A stretch of 48,856 bases of DNA, counting the filler, from Somniosus microcephalus (Eukaryota), in the NCBI GenBank assembly GCA_052327205.1. It is 2 parts of 2 records of this genome, joined end to end, with 100 filler letters (N's around TTAATTAATTAA, not from the genome) between each part and the next. Parts side by side here need not be neighbours in the genome. Positions count along the whole stretch, not along the records: positions 1 to 29,371 come from CM126224.1; 1 more part is not named here. One strand, written 5' to 3'. Position numbers and translations under genes: made by a program. Under the pieces are notes generated by a model. The model did not search any database, was not told the DNA's origin, and saw nothing but the letters and a program-made list of their open reading frames with translations. Shown piece by piece: positions 1 through 12,782 of this stretch (the first letter of the stretch is position 1; each line of letters opens with the position of its first letter).

Positions 1-580
1 GACGGCGGGCCAGTAGCAGCTGCAATGCCACCGCCAGCAACAGGAGTGGGAAAGCGCAGGGTCTTACGTCATGGCAAGACTGAATATACTTACTGAGATA
101 ATGGATTATTCTCACTTTTGAAAACTTTCTTGGCCATGTTGTAACTGCTCTCTCACATTATAATCTTCACTTACAAGCCATAAACAGTGTACGTCTGCCC
201 ATAAATTCAACAATTGGTGAACATCCTGACTGACTTGGAGAAAGTAACACAAGGGTTTAAAATGTAAAAAAGCCCTTGGAGTTTTGAATGATCATTGCTT
301 TCAGATCATTTTACCACAGATATGCAGTGCTGTCGGCCAAGATCAACTTTACAAGATGCAGCTTTTTTTTCAAATATAAAGATAAGGATTGGGAGCAGGG
401 CCAGCTGTTCGGGGAGGAACCAACCATCTATAAACAAAGATCCCGGCCAGACTACCAGCCAGCTGCAGCAGTGCCAGGATACAGCCAAGAATAGGCCCCA
501 TAAGTCAGACATACATTAGATTAGATCTGTCTGTCCATGGACAAGGGCTGGCCAAGGAGCAAATCTGACATTATAATCTA

Positions 581-965
581 TGGGGAGACTTAATTGCGGT
601 GTATAAGATTATGAGGGGCCTAGATAGAGTGGATAGGAAGGGCTTATTTCCCTTAACAGAGAGGGCAATAATCAGGGGGCATAGATTTAAAGTAATTGGT
701 AGAAGGTTTAGAGGGGAGTTGTGGAGAATCTTTTCACCCAGAGGGTGGTGGGGGTCTGGAACTCACTGCCTGAAAGGGTGGTAGAGGCAGAAACCCTCAT
801 CGCATTTAAAAAGTACTTGGTTACGCACTTCAAGTACCGTAACCTACAAGGCTACGGACCAAGAGCTGGAAAGTGGGATTAGGCGGGATAGCTCTTTGTC
901 GGCCGGCACAGCCACGATGGGCCGAATGGCCTCCTTCTGTGCCGTAAAGTTCTATAATTCTATGA
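581..965 (+). mobile_element. CR1/HER1-type LINE, 5'-truncated 3' end
   Basis: Translates to the CR1 ORF2 C-terminus (VYKIMRGLDRVD..RGHRFKV..FSPR), followed by a 3'UTR hairpin (GATGGGCCGAATGGCC) and a TTCTAT-type tail. Confidence 0.9.
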
Positions 966-1064
966 CCACCCAGTTGTTCAAACCGATTGCCAAACACACC
1001 AAGATTGTTACTTCCTATCTTTTCCCGAGCCATTGCTTAATTGGAAACAATCTTTGATGTTTTT

Positions 1065-1308
1065 GTGTTTGCGTGGGTTTCCTCCGGGTGCTCCGGTTTC
1101 CTCCCACAGTCCAAAGATGTGCAGGTTAGGTTGATTGGCTATGATAAAATTGACCCTTAGTGTTAGGGGGATTAAATACGTGGGGTTACAGGGATAGGGT
1201 GGGATATGTGTTGGTGTCGGGATTACGGGGATCGGGTGGGATATGTGTCGGTGCAGGCTCGATGGGCCGAAATGGCCTCTATCTGCACTGTGGGGTTTCT
1301 GTGAATCT
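1065..1308 (+). mobile_element. HE1-type V-SINE, 5'-truncated
   Basis: V-domain GCGTGGGTTTCCTCCGGGTGCTCCGGTTTCCTCCCACAGTCCAAAGA; near-identical to the full copies at 33102 and 39323. Confidence 0.9.
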
Positions 1309-1437
1309 TATAGCAGCACATTGTCTTTTATATTGCAGCAGGCTCCGGCCCTCCCACTACCCCCTGCTGTGATGAAAAGACAGGCTTTGAGAACACGATT
1401 TAAACCAATTCTGTCTACATTACCGTTGTCTTTGTTA

Positions 1438-2950
1438 AAACATAAGATAGGAGCAGGAGTAGGCCATACGGCCCCTCGAGCCCGCTCCGCCACACGGCCC
1501 CTCGAGCCCGCTCCGCCACACGGCCCCTCGAGCCCGCTCCGCCACACAGCCCCTCGAGCCCGCTCCGCCACACGGCCCCTCGAGCCCGCTCCGCCACACG
1601 GCCCCTCGAGCCCGCTCCGCCACACGGCCCCTCGAGCCCGCTCCGCCACACGGCCCCTCGAGCCCGCTCCGCCACACGGCCCCTCGAGCCCGCTCCGCCA
1701 CACGGCCCCTCGAGCCCGCTCCGCCACACGGCCCCTCGAGCCCGCTCCGCCACACGGCCCCTCGAGCCTGCTCCGCCATTCAATAAGATCATGGCTGATC
1801 ATCGACCTCAACTCCACTTTCCCGCCCAATCTCCATATCCCTTGATTCCCCTCGAGTCCATAAATTTATCTATCTCAGTTTTGAATATATTCAACGATTC
1901 AGCATCCACAGCCCTTTCGGGTAGAGAATTCCAAAGATTCACAACCCTCTGTGTGAAGAAATTTCTCATCTCAGTCCTAAATGGTCGACCCCTTATCCTG
2001 AAACTATGTCCCCTAATTCTAGACTCTCCAGCCAGGAGAAACATCCTCTCAGCATCTACCCTGTCAATCCCCTTCAGAATTGTCCATGTTTCGATGAGAT
2101 CACCTCTCATTCTTCTAAACTCCAGAGAGTATCGGCCCATTCTACACAATCTCTCCTCATAGGACAGCCCTCTCATCCCAGGAATCAATCTAGTGAACAT
2201 TTGTTGCACCGCCTCCAAGGCAAGTATATCCTTCCTTAGATAAGGAGACCAAAACTGTGCACAGTACTCCCGGTGTGGTCTCACCAAGGCCCTGTACAAT
2301 TGGAGCAAGACTTCCTTACTCTAGTACTCCAACACCCTTGCAATAAAGGCCAGAATATCATTTGCCTTCCTAATTGCTTGCTGTACCAGCATGCTAACTT
2401 TCCGTGTTTCCGGTACGAGGACACCCAAATCTCTCTGAACACCAACATTTAATAGTTTATCGCCATTTAAAAAAATATTCTGTTTTTCTATTCTTCCTAC
2501 CAAGTGAATAACCTCACATTTCCCCACATTATACTCCATCTGCCACCTTATTGCCCACTCTCTTAACCCCTTTGCCGGCTCTTTGTATCCTCCTCACAGC
2601 TTACTTTCCCACCTAACTTTGTATTGTCAGCAAACTTGGATACATTGCACTCGGTCCCTTCATCCAAGTCATTGATACAGATTGTAAATAGCTGAGGCCC
2701 AAGCACTGATCTTTGTGGCGCCCCACTAGTCTGCCAACCGGAAAATGACCCATTTATCCCTCCTCTCTGTTTTCTGGCTGTTAACCAATTCTCTATCCAC
2801 GTTAATACATTACCCCCAACCCCATGAGCCCTTATCTTGTGTAGCAACCTTTCGCGTGGCACCTCATCGAATGCCTTTTAGAAATCCAATACACTACATG
2901 CACTGGTTCCCCCTTTATCAACCCTGCTAATTACATCCTCAAAAAACTCT
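1438..2950 (-). mobile_element. CR1/HER1-type LINE RT fragment, degenerate
   Basis: Minus-strand ORFs with RT motifs ([53 protein letters not shown]), broken by frameshifts. Confidence 0.93.
1468..1778. repeat. 26-bp tandem repeat (~12 copies) inside the LINE 3'UTR
   Basis: Unit CACGGCCCCTCGAGCCCGCTCCGCCA; GGCCCCTCGAG recurs at 1470, 1496 and onward. Confidence 0.95.
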
Positions 2951-3397
2951 AAAAAATAAAAATAATGTATAAACATATTGATATTGTTACATCCATGACT
3001 TCCTTTGTGCCTGTCAGTCTTCCTCTTCCCTTCTGCCCTTGAGCTGTGGCTCTTGCAGGTATGAACACAGGAGGTGAGGCAACGCAAGACTGCACAAGTC
3101 CAACAGACGTGTGTGTCCAAGGGTCGTCATTTGATGTTCGGTCAGTTCACAGACCTTCACAGAAGGTCACGGAGCTTGGCTCCAAGAAAGTGAAAGCAGA
3201 GACATTTAGCGAGAGGGTCACTTCCTATTCCCTCGGCAAACCACCATGGTTGAATAACCCTCTCCCACTTCTATCTCTCCCAGACAAATCCCAGCCCAAG
3301 GAACGTTAACCAGGATTCCCATCGGATACTTCAGCTGTCTGAATCTGATCCCAATAAGCTGCTCAAGGACCAGAAACCATTTCCCGATCCCCCTTAC

Positions 3398-3523
3398 CTT
3401 CCAGTCGTGCTGTGCAAAGCCCCAGAGTCTGGCACTGGTGTATCGGAGATCTGCCCCGCTCAGGATGCTCGGAGTGTGAAGGTGGTACAGGTGGGCGATG
3501 TCGGCCGCATTCTCTGGGATCTC
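3398..3523 (-). CDS. nvd: Neverland/DAF-36 cholesterol 7-desaturase, internal exon with the non-heme iron motif
   Basis: Acceptor tgtaacag|GAG, donor AAG|gtaagg; 126 nt encoding [42 protein letters not shown] (E-x3-D-x2-H-x4-H); phase 0/0, matching the upstream exon. Confidence 0.92.
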
Positions 3524-3757
3524 CTGTTACACAAGCACAGCGACAACGGCAGTCAGTCGATGGAGGCAGTCACAATCTATCGGCAGAGCAGGGTTACACA
3601 CTGCAGACAGCAGCAGCTGCTCCTGGGAACCGCAGGCGGCTCCGCCTCAGCCCCTCAAAGCTTATTGCACCTCACCCTAGCAGTTAGGCCACGTTCATCT
3701 GCTTACTCACACTCTCAGGCACCAAGTGTGCCATGGAGATTAGGATAAGTATCTTAA

Positions 3758-3962
3758 TGCAGGCGGCTTTCCGAGCAGGGAGTGCTTTGCCGCAGGGAAT
3801 GTTTGGGGCAGAGACCACTGCATCTTTTAAAGGGAAAAGTGGATTCAATTCGAAGCAGAGGAAGATGCAGGAATGTGGGCAGAGAGCAGGACACGAGCTC
3901 TGGATTGCTCCAGCAAAGAGCTGGCACAGATATGATGGGCCAAATGGCCTCCTTCTGTACGG
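3758..3962 (+). mobile_element. Old CR1 LINE 3' end
   Basis: Degenerate ORF2 end followed by GATGGGCCAAATGGCCTCCTTCTGT. Confidence 0.7.
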
Positions 3963-4061
3963 TAAACTTCTGTCGCTCCAAGAAATGGAAGCAGACTGAA
4001 CTGTAAAGGTGTCGAGAGACAGTTGGGCGTGTTCTTGTAGCAAGAAGGAATGGCATGATAC

Positions 4062-5524
4062 AGCGAGAGGACTGGAGAACTGCCAATGTAGTTCCATTAT
4101 TCAAGAAGGGAAGTAGGGAAAAACCGGGGAACTACAGGCCAGTGAGCCTAACATCAGTGGTAGGAAAATTATTGGAAAAAATTCTGAGGGACAAAATTAG
4201 TCTCCACTTGGAGAGGCAAGGATTAATCAGGGATAGTCAACATGGCTTTGTCAAGGGAAGATCATGTCTGACTAATTTGATTGAATTTTTTGAGGGGGTG
4301 ACTAGGTGTGTGGATGAGGGTAACGCAGTGGATGTGTTAAATACATGGATTTCAGTAAGGCCTTCGATAAAGTCCCGCACAGGAGACTGGTCAAGAAGGT
4401 AAGAGCCCATGGAATCCAGGGTGCCTTGGCACATTGGATACAAAACTGGCTTAGTGGCAGAAGGCAGAGGGTGATGGTCGAAGGTTGTTTTTGTGACTGG
4501 AAGCCTGTGGCCAGTGGGGTACCACAGGGATCGGTGCTGGGTCCCTTGCTGTTTGTGGTCTACATTAATGACGTGGATATGAATGTAAAAGGTATGATCA
4601 GTAAGTTCGCGGATGATACAAAAATTGGTAGGGTGGTAAATAGCGAGGAGGGTAGCCTCAGTCTGCAGGACAATATAGATGGGTTGGTCAGATGGGCGGA
4701 ACAGTGGCAAATGGAATTTAACCCGGAAAAGTGCGAGGTGATGCACTTTGGGGGGACTAACAAGGCAAGGGAATACACAATGAATGGTAAGACCCTAGGC
4801 AAGACGGAGGGTCAGAGGGATCTGGGTGTGCAAGTACACAGATCCCTGAAGGCGGCGGAACAGGTGGATAAGGTGGTAAAAAAGGCATATGGGATACTTG
4901 CCTTCATTAGCCGAGGTAGAATATAAGAGCAAGGAGGTTATGGTGGAGCTGTATAAAACACTGGTTAGGCCACAGCTGGAATACTGTGTGCAGTTCTGGT
5001 CGCCACACTACAGGAAGGATGTGAATGCTTTGGAGAGGGTGCAGAGGAGATTCACCAGGATGCTACCAGGGCTGGAACGCTTCAGCTATGGAGAGAGACT
5101 GGGCAGATTGGGTTTGTTTTCCTTGGAACAGAGGAGGCTGAGGGGGGACATGATTGAGGTGTACAAAATTATGAGGGGCATAGATAGGATGGATACTGAG
5201 GAGCTTTTTCCCTTAGTAGAAGGGTCAATAACTAGGGGGCATAGATTCAAGGTAAAGGGCGGGAGGTTTAGAGGGGATTTGAGAAAGAACTTTTTCACCC
5301 AGAGGGTGGTTGGAGTCTGGAACTCACTGCCTGAAAGGGTTGTGGAGGCAGGAACCCTCACAACATTTAAGAAGCATTTGGATGAGCACTTGAAATGCCA
5401 TAGCATACAAGGCTATGGACCAAATGCTGGAATATGGGATTAGATTAGACAGGGCTTGATGGCCGGCGCGGACACGATGGGCCGAAGGGCCTCTATCCCT
5501 GCTGTATAACTCTATGACTCTATG
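4062..5524 (+). mobile_element. CR1 LINE, 5'-truncated RT region with frameshifts
   Basis: [66 protein letters not shown]; tail ACTCTATGACTCTATG. Confidence 0.95.
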
Positions 5525-5855
5525 CTCATCAAAAAGGGACGGGCTTGTTTTGCCAAACTGCTTTTTGCTGTTCCTAAAAACTTTGGCCTTCCCAACCGGA
5601 TTTGAATCAAGTCCAGTATTGTTAGGTAACCACAAGCAAAAGAACCTTCGAGAAACAGCGGCCATTGTGCATGTCTGTGCTGCCGATTCTCAGCTCTGTG
5701 CAGCCCATGGTATTCGAGTCATACTGAAAACAGCACGCGGTTAACTGAACTCCACTCTCTTTCTCCTCTTACCCCCTCCCACAACACTCGGGTCTCCAAA
5801 CACTTCAACCCTACATGGTGGTGCTGCCAGTACCGTCCCTGGTCCCTGGTCCTAC

Positions 5856-6034
5856 CTGGATGTGAGAGTTGATGTAATGTTCCGTCCTCCCGCGGTATAC
5901 CCACGCTCCGGACTGGATCTCCTCCTGTTCCGGAATGCTCCAATTGGGATCGATGCCGTCACAGTGAAACCACACAAACACTGCGCCGTTCAGCTCACAC
6001 GAAGGCCAGGTTTTCGTCTTAGCGAAGTCCGGCA
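5856..6034 (-). CDS. nvd: Neverland/DAF-36 cholesterol 7-desaturase, internal exon
   Basis: Acceptor ctcttctctccag|TG, donor CAG|gtagga; 179 nt encoding (V)[59 protein letters not shown]; phase 1 start fits the upstream exon. Confidence 0.92.
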
Positions 6035-6089
6035 CTGGAGAGAAGAGGAGGCAACGAGGTCAACACAACTCCACCACCATGGACAGATC

Positions 6090-9000
6090 AACACAGCCCC
6101 CAAACACCCCTCCAGCCCCGGCTCCATCACACACAGACCCTCCCGAAACACCACCCCAGCCCCGTCACACACAGACCCTCCCGAAACACCACCCCAGCCC
6201 CGTCACACACAGACCCTCCCCAAACACCCCCCCAGCCCCGGCCCTGTCACACACAGACCCTCCCGAAACACCACCCCAGCCCCGTCACACACAGACCCTC
6301 CCCAAACACCCCCCCAGCCCCGGCCCCGTCACACACAGACCTCCCCAAACACCCCCCCAGCCCCGGCCCTGTCACACACAGACCCTCCCGAAACACCACC
6401 CCAGCCCCGGCCCCGTCACACACAGACCCTCCCCAAACACCCCCCCAGCCCCGGCCCCGTCACACACAGACCCTCCCCAAACACCCCCCCAGCCCCGGCC
6501 CCGTCACACACAGACCGTCCCCCAAACACCACCCCGGCCCCGGCCCCGTTACACACAGACCCTCCCCAAACACCCCCCCAGCCCCGGCCCCGTTACACAC
6601 AGACCCTCCCCAAACACCCCCCCAGCCCCGGCCCCGTCACACACAGGCCTTCCCCAAACACCCCCCCAGCCCCGGCCCCGTTACACACAGACCCTCCCGA
6701 AACACCACCCCAGCCCCGGCCCCGTCACACACAGACCTTCCCCAAACACCCCCCCAGCCCCGGCTCCATCACACACAGACCCTCCCCAAACACCCCCCCA
6801 GCCCCGGCCCCATCACACACAGACCGTCCCCCAAACACCACCCCAGCCCCGGCCCCGTCACACACAGACCGTCCCCAAACACCACCCCAGCCCCGGCCCC
6901 GTCACACACAGACCCTCCCCCAAACACCACCCCAGCCCCGTCACACACAGACCCTCCCCAAACACCACCCCGGCCCCGTCACACACAGACCGTCCCCCAA
7001 ACACCACCCCAGCCCCGGCCCCGTCACACACAGACCCCCCCCCAAACACCACCCCAGCCCCGGCCCCATCACACACAGACCCTCCCCCAAACACCACCCC
7101 AGCCCCGTCACACACAGACCCTCCCCAAACACCACCCCGGCCCCGTCACACACAGACCGTCCCCCAAACACCACCCCAGCCCCGGCCCCGTCACACACAG
7201 ACCCCCCCCCAAACACCACCCCAGCCCCGGCCCCGTCACACACAGACCCTCCCGAAACACCCCCCCAGCCCCGGCCCCGTCACACACAGACCCTCCCCAA
7301 ACACCACCCCGGCCCCGTCACACACAGACCGTCCCCCAAACACCCCCCCAGCCCCGGCCCCATCACACACAGACCCCCCCCAAACACCACCCCAGCCCCG
7401 GCCCCGTCACACACAGACCCCCCCCAAACACCACCCCAGCCCCGGCCCCATCACACACAGACCCTCCCCCAAACACCCCCCCAGCCCCGGCTCCATCACA
7501 CACAGACCCCCCCCCAAACACCACCCCAGCCCCGGCTCTATCACATAGAGACCTTCCCCAAACACCCCCCCAGCCCCGGCCCCGTCACACACAGACCCCC
7601 CCCCAAACACCACCCCAGCCCCGGCTCTATCACATAGAGACCTTCCCCAAACACCCCCCCAGCCCCGGCCCCGTCACACACAGACCCCCCCCCAAACACC
7701 ACCCCAGCCCCGGCCCCATCACACACAGACCCCCCCCAAACACCACCCCAGCCCCGGCTCCATCACACACAGACCCCCCCCCAAACACCACCCCAGCCCC
7801 GGCCCCATCACATAGAGACCCTCCCCAAACACCACCCCAGCCCCGGCCCCATCACACACAGACCCCCCCCCAAACACCACCCCAGCCCCGGCCCCATCAC
7901 ACACAGACCCCCCCCCAAACACCACCCCAGCCCCGGCTCCATCACACACAGACCCTCCCCCAAACACCACCCCAGCCCCGGCTCCATCACATAGAGACCC
8001 CCCCCAAACACCATCCCATCCCCATCACATAGAGACCCTCCCCAAACACCATCCCATCCCCATCACACACAGACCCTCCCCCAAACACCATCCCACCCCC
8101 ATCACATACAGACCCTCCCCCAAACACCATCCCATCCCCATCACATACAGACCCTCCCCCAAACACCATCCCATCCCCATCACATACAGACCCTCCCCAA
8201 ACACCATCCCACCCCCATCACACACAGGCCCTCCCCAAACACCATCCCATCCCCATCACATACAGACCCTCCCCAAACACCATCCCATCCCCATCACATA
8301 CAGACCCTCCCCAAACACCATCCCATCCCCATCACACAGACCCTCCCCAAACACCATCCCATCCCCATCACACAGACCCTCCCCAAACACCATCCCATCC
8401 CCATCACACACAGACCCTCCCCAAACACTATCCCACCCCCATCACACAGACCCTCCCCAAACACCATCCCATCCCCATCACATACAGACCCTCCCCCAAA
8501 CACCATCCCATCCCCATCACACAGACCCTCCCCAAACACCATCCCATCCCCATCACATACAGACCCTCCCCAAACACCATCCCATCCCCATCACATACAG
8601 ACCCTCCCCAAACACCATCCCACCCCCATCACACAGACCCTCCCCAAACACCATCCCATCCCCATCACATACAGACCCTCCCCAAACACCATCCCATCCC
8701 CATCACACAGACCCTCCCCAAACACCATCCCATCCCCATCACATAGAGACCCTCCCCAAACACCATCCCATCCCCATCACATACAGACCCTCCCCAAACA
8801 CCATCCCACCCCCATCACACAGACCCTCCCCAAACACCATCCCATCCCCATCACACAGACCCTCCCCAAACACCATCCCATCCCCATCACACAGACCCTC
8901 CCCAAACACCATCCCATCCCCATCACATACAGACCCTCCCCAAACACCATCCCATCCCCATCACACAGACCCTCCCCAAACACCATCCCACCCCCATCAC

Positions 9001-11943
9001 ACACAGGCCCTCCCCAAACACCATCCCATCCCCATCACACAGACCCTCCCCAAACACCATCCCATCCCCATCACACACAGGCCCTCCCCAAACACCATCC
9101 CATCCCCATCACACAGACCCTCCCCCAAACACCATCCCATCCCCATCACATACAGACCCTCCCCCAAACACCATCCCATCCCCATCACACACAGACCCTC
9201 CCCAAACACCATCCCATCCCCATCACATACAGACCCTCCCCCAAACACCATCCCATCCCCATCACACAGGCCCCTCCCCCAAACACCATCCCATCCCCAT
9301 CACACACAGGCCCTCCCCAAACACCATCCCATCCCCATCACACACAGACCCTCCCCCAAACACCATCCCATCCCCATCACACAGGCCCCTCCCCCAAACA
9401 CCATCCCATCCCCATCACACACAGACCCTCCCCCAAACACCATCCCATCCCCATCACATACAGACCCTCCCCCAAACACCATCCCATCCCCATCACACAC
9501 AGGCCCTCCCCAAACACCATCCCATCCCCATCACATACAGACCCTCCCCAAACACCATCCCACCCCCATCACACAGACCCTCCCCAAACACCATCCCATC
9601 CCCATCACACAGACCCTCCCCAAACACCATCCCATCCCCATCACACAGACCCTCCCCAAACACCATCCCATCCCCATCACATACAGACCCTCCCCAAACA
9701 CCATCCCATCCCCATCACACAGACCCTCCCCAAACACCATCCCACCCCCATCACATACAGACCCTCCCCAAACACCATCCCATCCCCATCACACACAGAC
9801 CCTCCCCAAACACCATCCCATCCCCATCACACACAGGCCCTCCCCAAACACCATCCCATCCCCATCACACAGACCCTCCCCCAAACACCATCCCATCCCC
9901 ATCACATACAGACCCTCCCCAAACACCATCCCATCCCCATCACATACAGACCCTCCCCAAACACCATCCCATCCCCATCACATACAGACCCTCCCCAAAC
10001 ACCATCCCATCCCCATCACACAGACCCTCCCCAAACACCATCCCACCCCCATCACACACAGGCCCTCCCCAAACACCATCCCATCCCCATCACACAGACC
10101 CTCCCCCAAACACCATCCCATCCCCATCACATACAGACCCTCCCCCAAACACCATCCCATCCCCATCACACACAGACCCTCCCCAAACACCATCCCATCC
10201 CCATCACATACAGACCCTCCCCCAAACACCATCCCATCCCCATCACACAGGCCCCTCCCCCAAACACCATCCCATCCCCATCACACACAGGCCCTCCCCA
10301 AACACCATCCCATCCCCATCACACACAGACCCTCCCCAAACACCATCCCATCCCCATCACATACAGACCCTCCCCAAACACCATCCCATCCCCATCACAC
10401 AGACCCTCCCCAAACACCATCCCATCCCCATCACACAGACCCTCCCCAAACACCATCCCATCCCCATCACACAGACCCTCCCCAAACACCATCCCATCCC
10501 CATCACATACAGACCCTCCCCAAACACCATCCCATCCCCATCACACAGACCCTCCCCAAACACCATCCCACCCCCATCACATACAGACCCTCCCCAAACA
10601 CCATCCCATCCCCATCACACACAGACCCTCCCCAAACACCATCCCATCCCCATCACACACAGGCCCTCCCCAAACACCATCCCATCCCCATCACACAGAC
10701 CCTCCCCCAAACACCATCCCATCCCCATCACATACAGACCCTCCCCAAACACCATCCCATCCCCATCACATACAGACCCTCCCCAAACACCATCCCATCC
10801 CCATCACATACAGACCCTCCCCAAACACCATCCCATCCCCATCACACAGACCCTCCCCAAACACCATCCCACCCCCATCACACACAGGCCCTCCCCAAAC
10901 ACCATCCCATCCCCATCACACAGACCCTCCCCCAAACACCATCCCATCCCCATCACATACAGACCCTCCCCCAAACACCATCCCATCCCCATCACACACA
11001 GACCCTCCCCAAACACCATCCCATCCCCATCACATACAGACCCTCCCCCAAACACCATCCCATCCCCATCACACAGGCCCCTCCCCCAAACACCATCCCA
11101 TCCCCATCACACACAGGCCCTCCCCAAACACCATCCCATCCCCATCACACACAGACCCTCCCCAAACACCATCCCATCCCCATCACATACAGACCCTCCC
11201 CAAACACCATCCCATCCCCATCACACAGACCCTCCCCAAACACCATCCCACCCCCATCACACACAGGCCCTCCCCAAACACCATCCCATCCCCATCACAC
11301 AGACCCTCCCCCAAACACCATCCCATCCCCATCACATACAGACCCTCCCCCAAACACCATCCCATCCCCATCACACACAGACCCTCCCCAAACACCATCC
11401 CATCCCCATCACATACAGACCCTCCCCCAAACACCATCCCATCCCCATCACACAGGCCCCTCCCCCAAACACCATCCCATCCCCATCACACACAGGCCCT
11501 CCCCAAACACCATCCCATCCCCATCACACAGACCCTCCCCCAAACACCATCCCATCCCCATCACATACAGACCCTCCCCCAAACACCATCCCATCCCCAT
11601 CACACACAGACCCTCCCCAAACACCATCCCATCCCCATCACATACAGACCCTCCCCCAAACACCATCCCATCCCCATCACACAGGCCCCTCCCCCAAACA
11701 CCATCCCATCCCCATCACACACAGACCCTCCCCCAAACACCATCCCATCCCCATCACACACAGGCCCTCCCCAAACACCATCCCATCCCCATCACACACA
11801 GACCCTCCCCCAAACACCATCCCATCCCCATCACATACAGACCCTCCCCCAAACACCATCCCATCCCCATCACACAGGCCCCTCCCCCAAACACCATCCC
11901 ATCCCCATCACACACAGGCCCTCCCCAAACACCATCCCATCCC
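6090..11943. repeat. C-rich intronic minisatellite with two related unit types (~38-45 bp, then ~36-39 bp)
   Basis: CACACACAGACCCTCCCCAAACACCCCCCCAGCCCCGGCCCCGT up to ~8000, then CACATACAGACCCTCCCCAAACACCATCCCATCCCCAT. Confidence 0.97.
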
Positions 11944-12192
11944 CAGCTCTCTCAAGCCGTAAATAGCCCCATCCACACATCCCATCTCCATTCCCTGCAG
12001 TTGCTCTTCCCCCAATTCTGCTCCATGGTTGCAGATGTCACTTCCACTCACTCCTGTGCCACAGCCCCATTTCTCTGACTTTCTCCAATCAATTTCCCAG
12101 AGTTACACAGAGCCTCCCAGACAGCCCATCCATACTGTTCACCAGCTCATACTCACCCCCATCCCCCCCCCCGATATCCCTGCTGCCCGTAC

Positions 12193-12381
12193 CTTTTTCA
12201 GCATACGGAATCTTTGTGCATTTGCCATCCTCACCACGGAACTGCCAGCCATGGAATGGGCATTCGATACAGTTTCCAATCACGCGGCCCCCCACAGCCA
12301 GGTTAGCACCCAGGTGAGGACAATAAGCGTCAACGACATAGGCCTGTCCATCCTGGCCACGATACACAGCCACCTGCTCAC
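12193..12381 (-). CDS. nvd: Neverland/DAF-36 cholesterol 7-desaturase, Rieske [2Fe-2S] exon
   Basis: Acceptor cctttttgcag|GT, donor AAAG|gtacgg; 189 nt encoding [62 protein letters not shown] with the CxH..CxxH Rieske ligands. Confidence 0.95.
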
Positions 12382-12782
12382 CTGCAAAAAGGACAGCGAG
12401 TCATTAGCACAAATGCCAAACACATTCGACCAGTCAGCACTGGTCGAAACCGGAGAGAAACTTCGCACAGAGGGTGAAGTGAAGTCAAACACAACTGATC
12501 ATCTCTGAGCACCATCAGAGAAGGAACAGACACACCAAGTGGGAGGCTGAAATCACCGGCCTCTCGCTTCACCCGGGTTACGAGTCGGACCACACCCAGT
12601 GTAAAAGCTGCATCACCAAAGAACACTGGATACAAGAACGGTTCCGCTTTAAATAAATATGTAAACAGTACGTGTGGCACGCTTGCATTTCACAGTGTGA
12701 TCCAGAGATCTCACTACTAACTAATCCCGTGCATTAATCTAACTACTAATATGGGGTGCAATTGGAACAGCCAATCACTAAC

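Noticed and set aside
288-519. Short ORFs as a downstream nvd exon
   Set aside because: No frame resembles the nvd C-terminal region; those exons probably lie before position 1
5862-7637. 591-aa and 489-aa Pro/His/Thr-rich ORFs resembling extensin or mucin
   Set aside because: They are translations of the intronic minisatellite, antisense to nvd, with variable unit length and no unique domain
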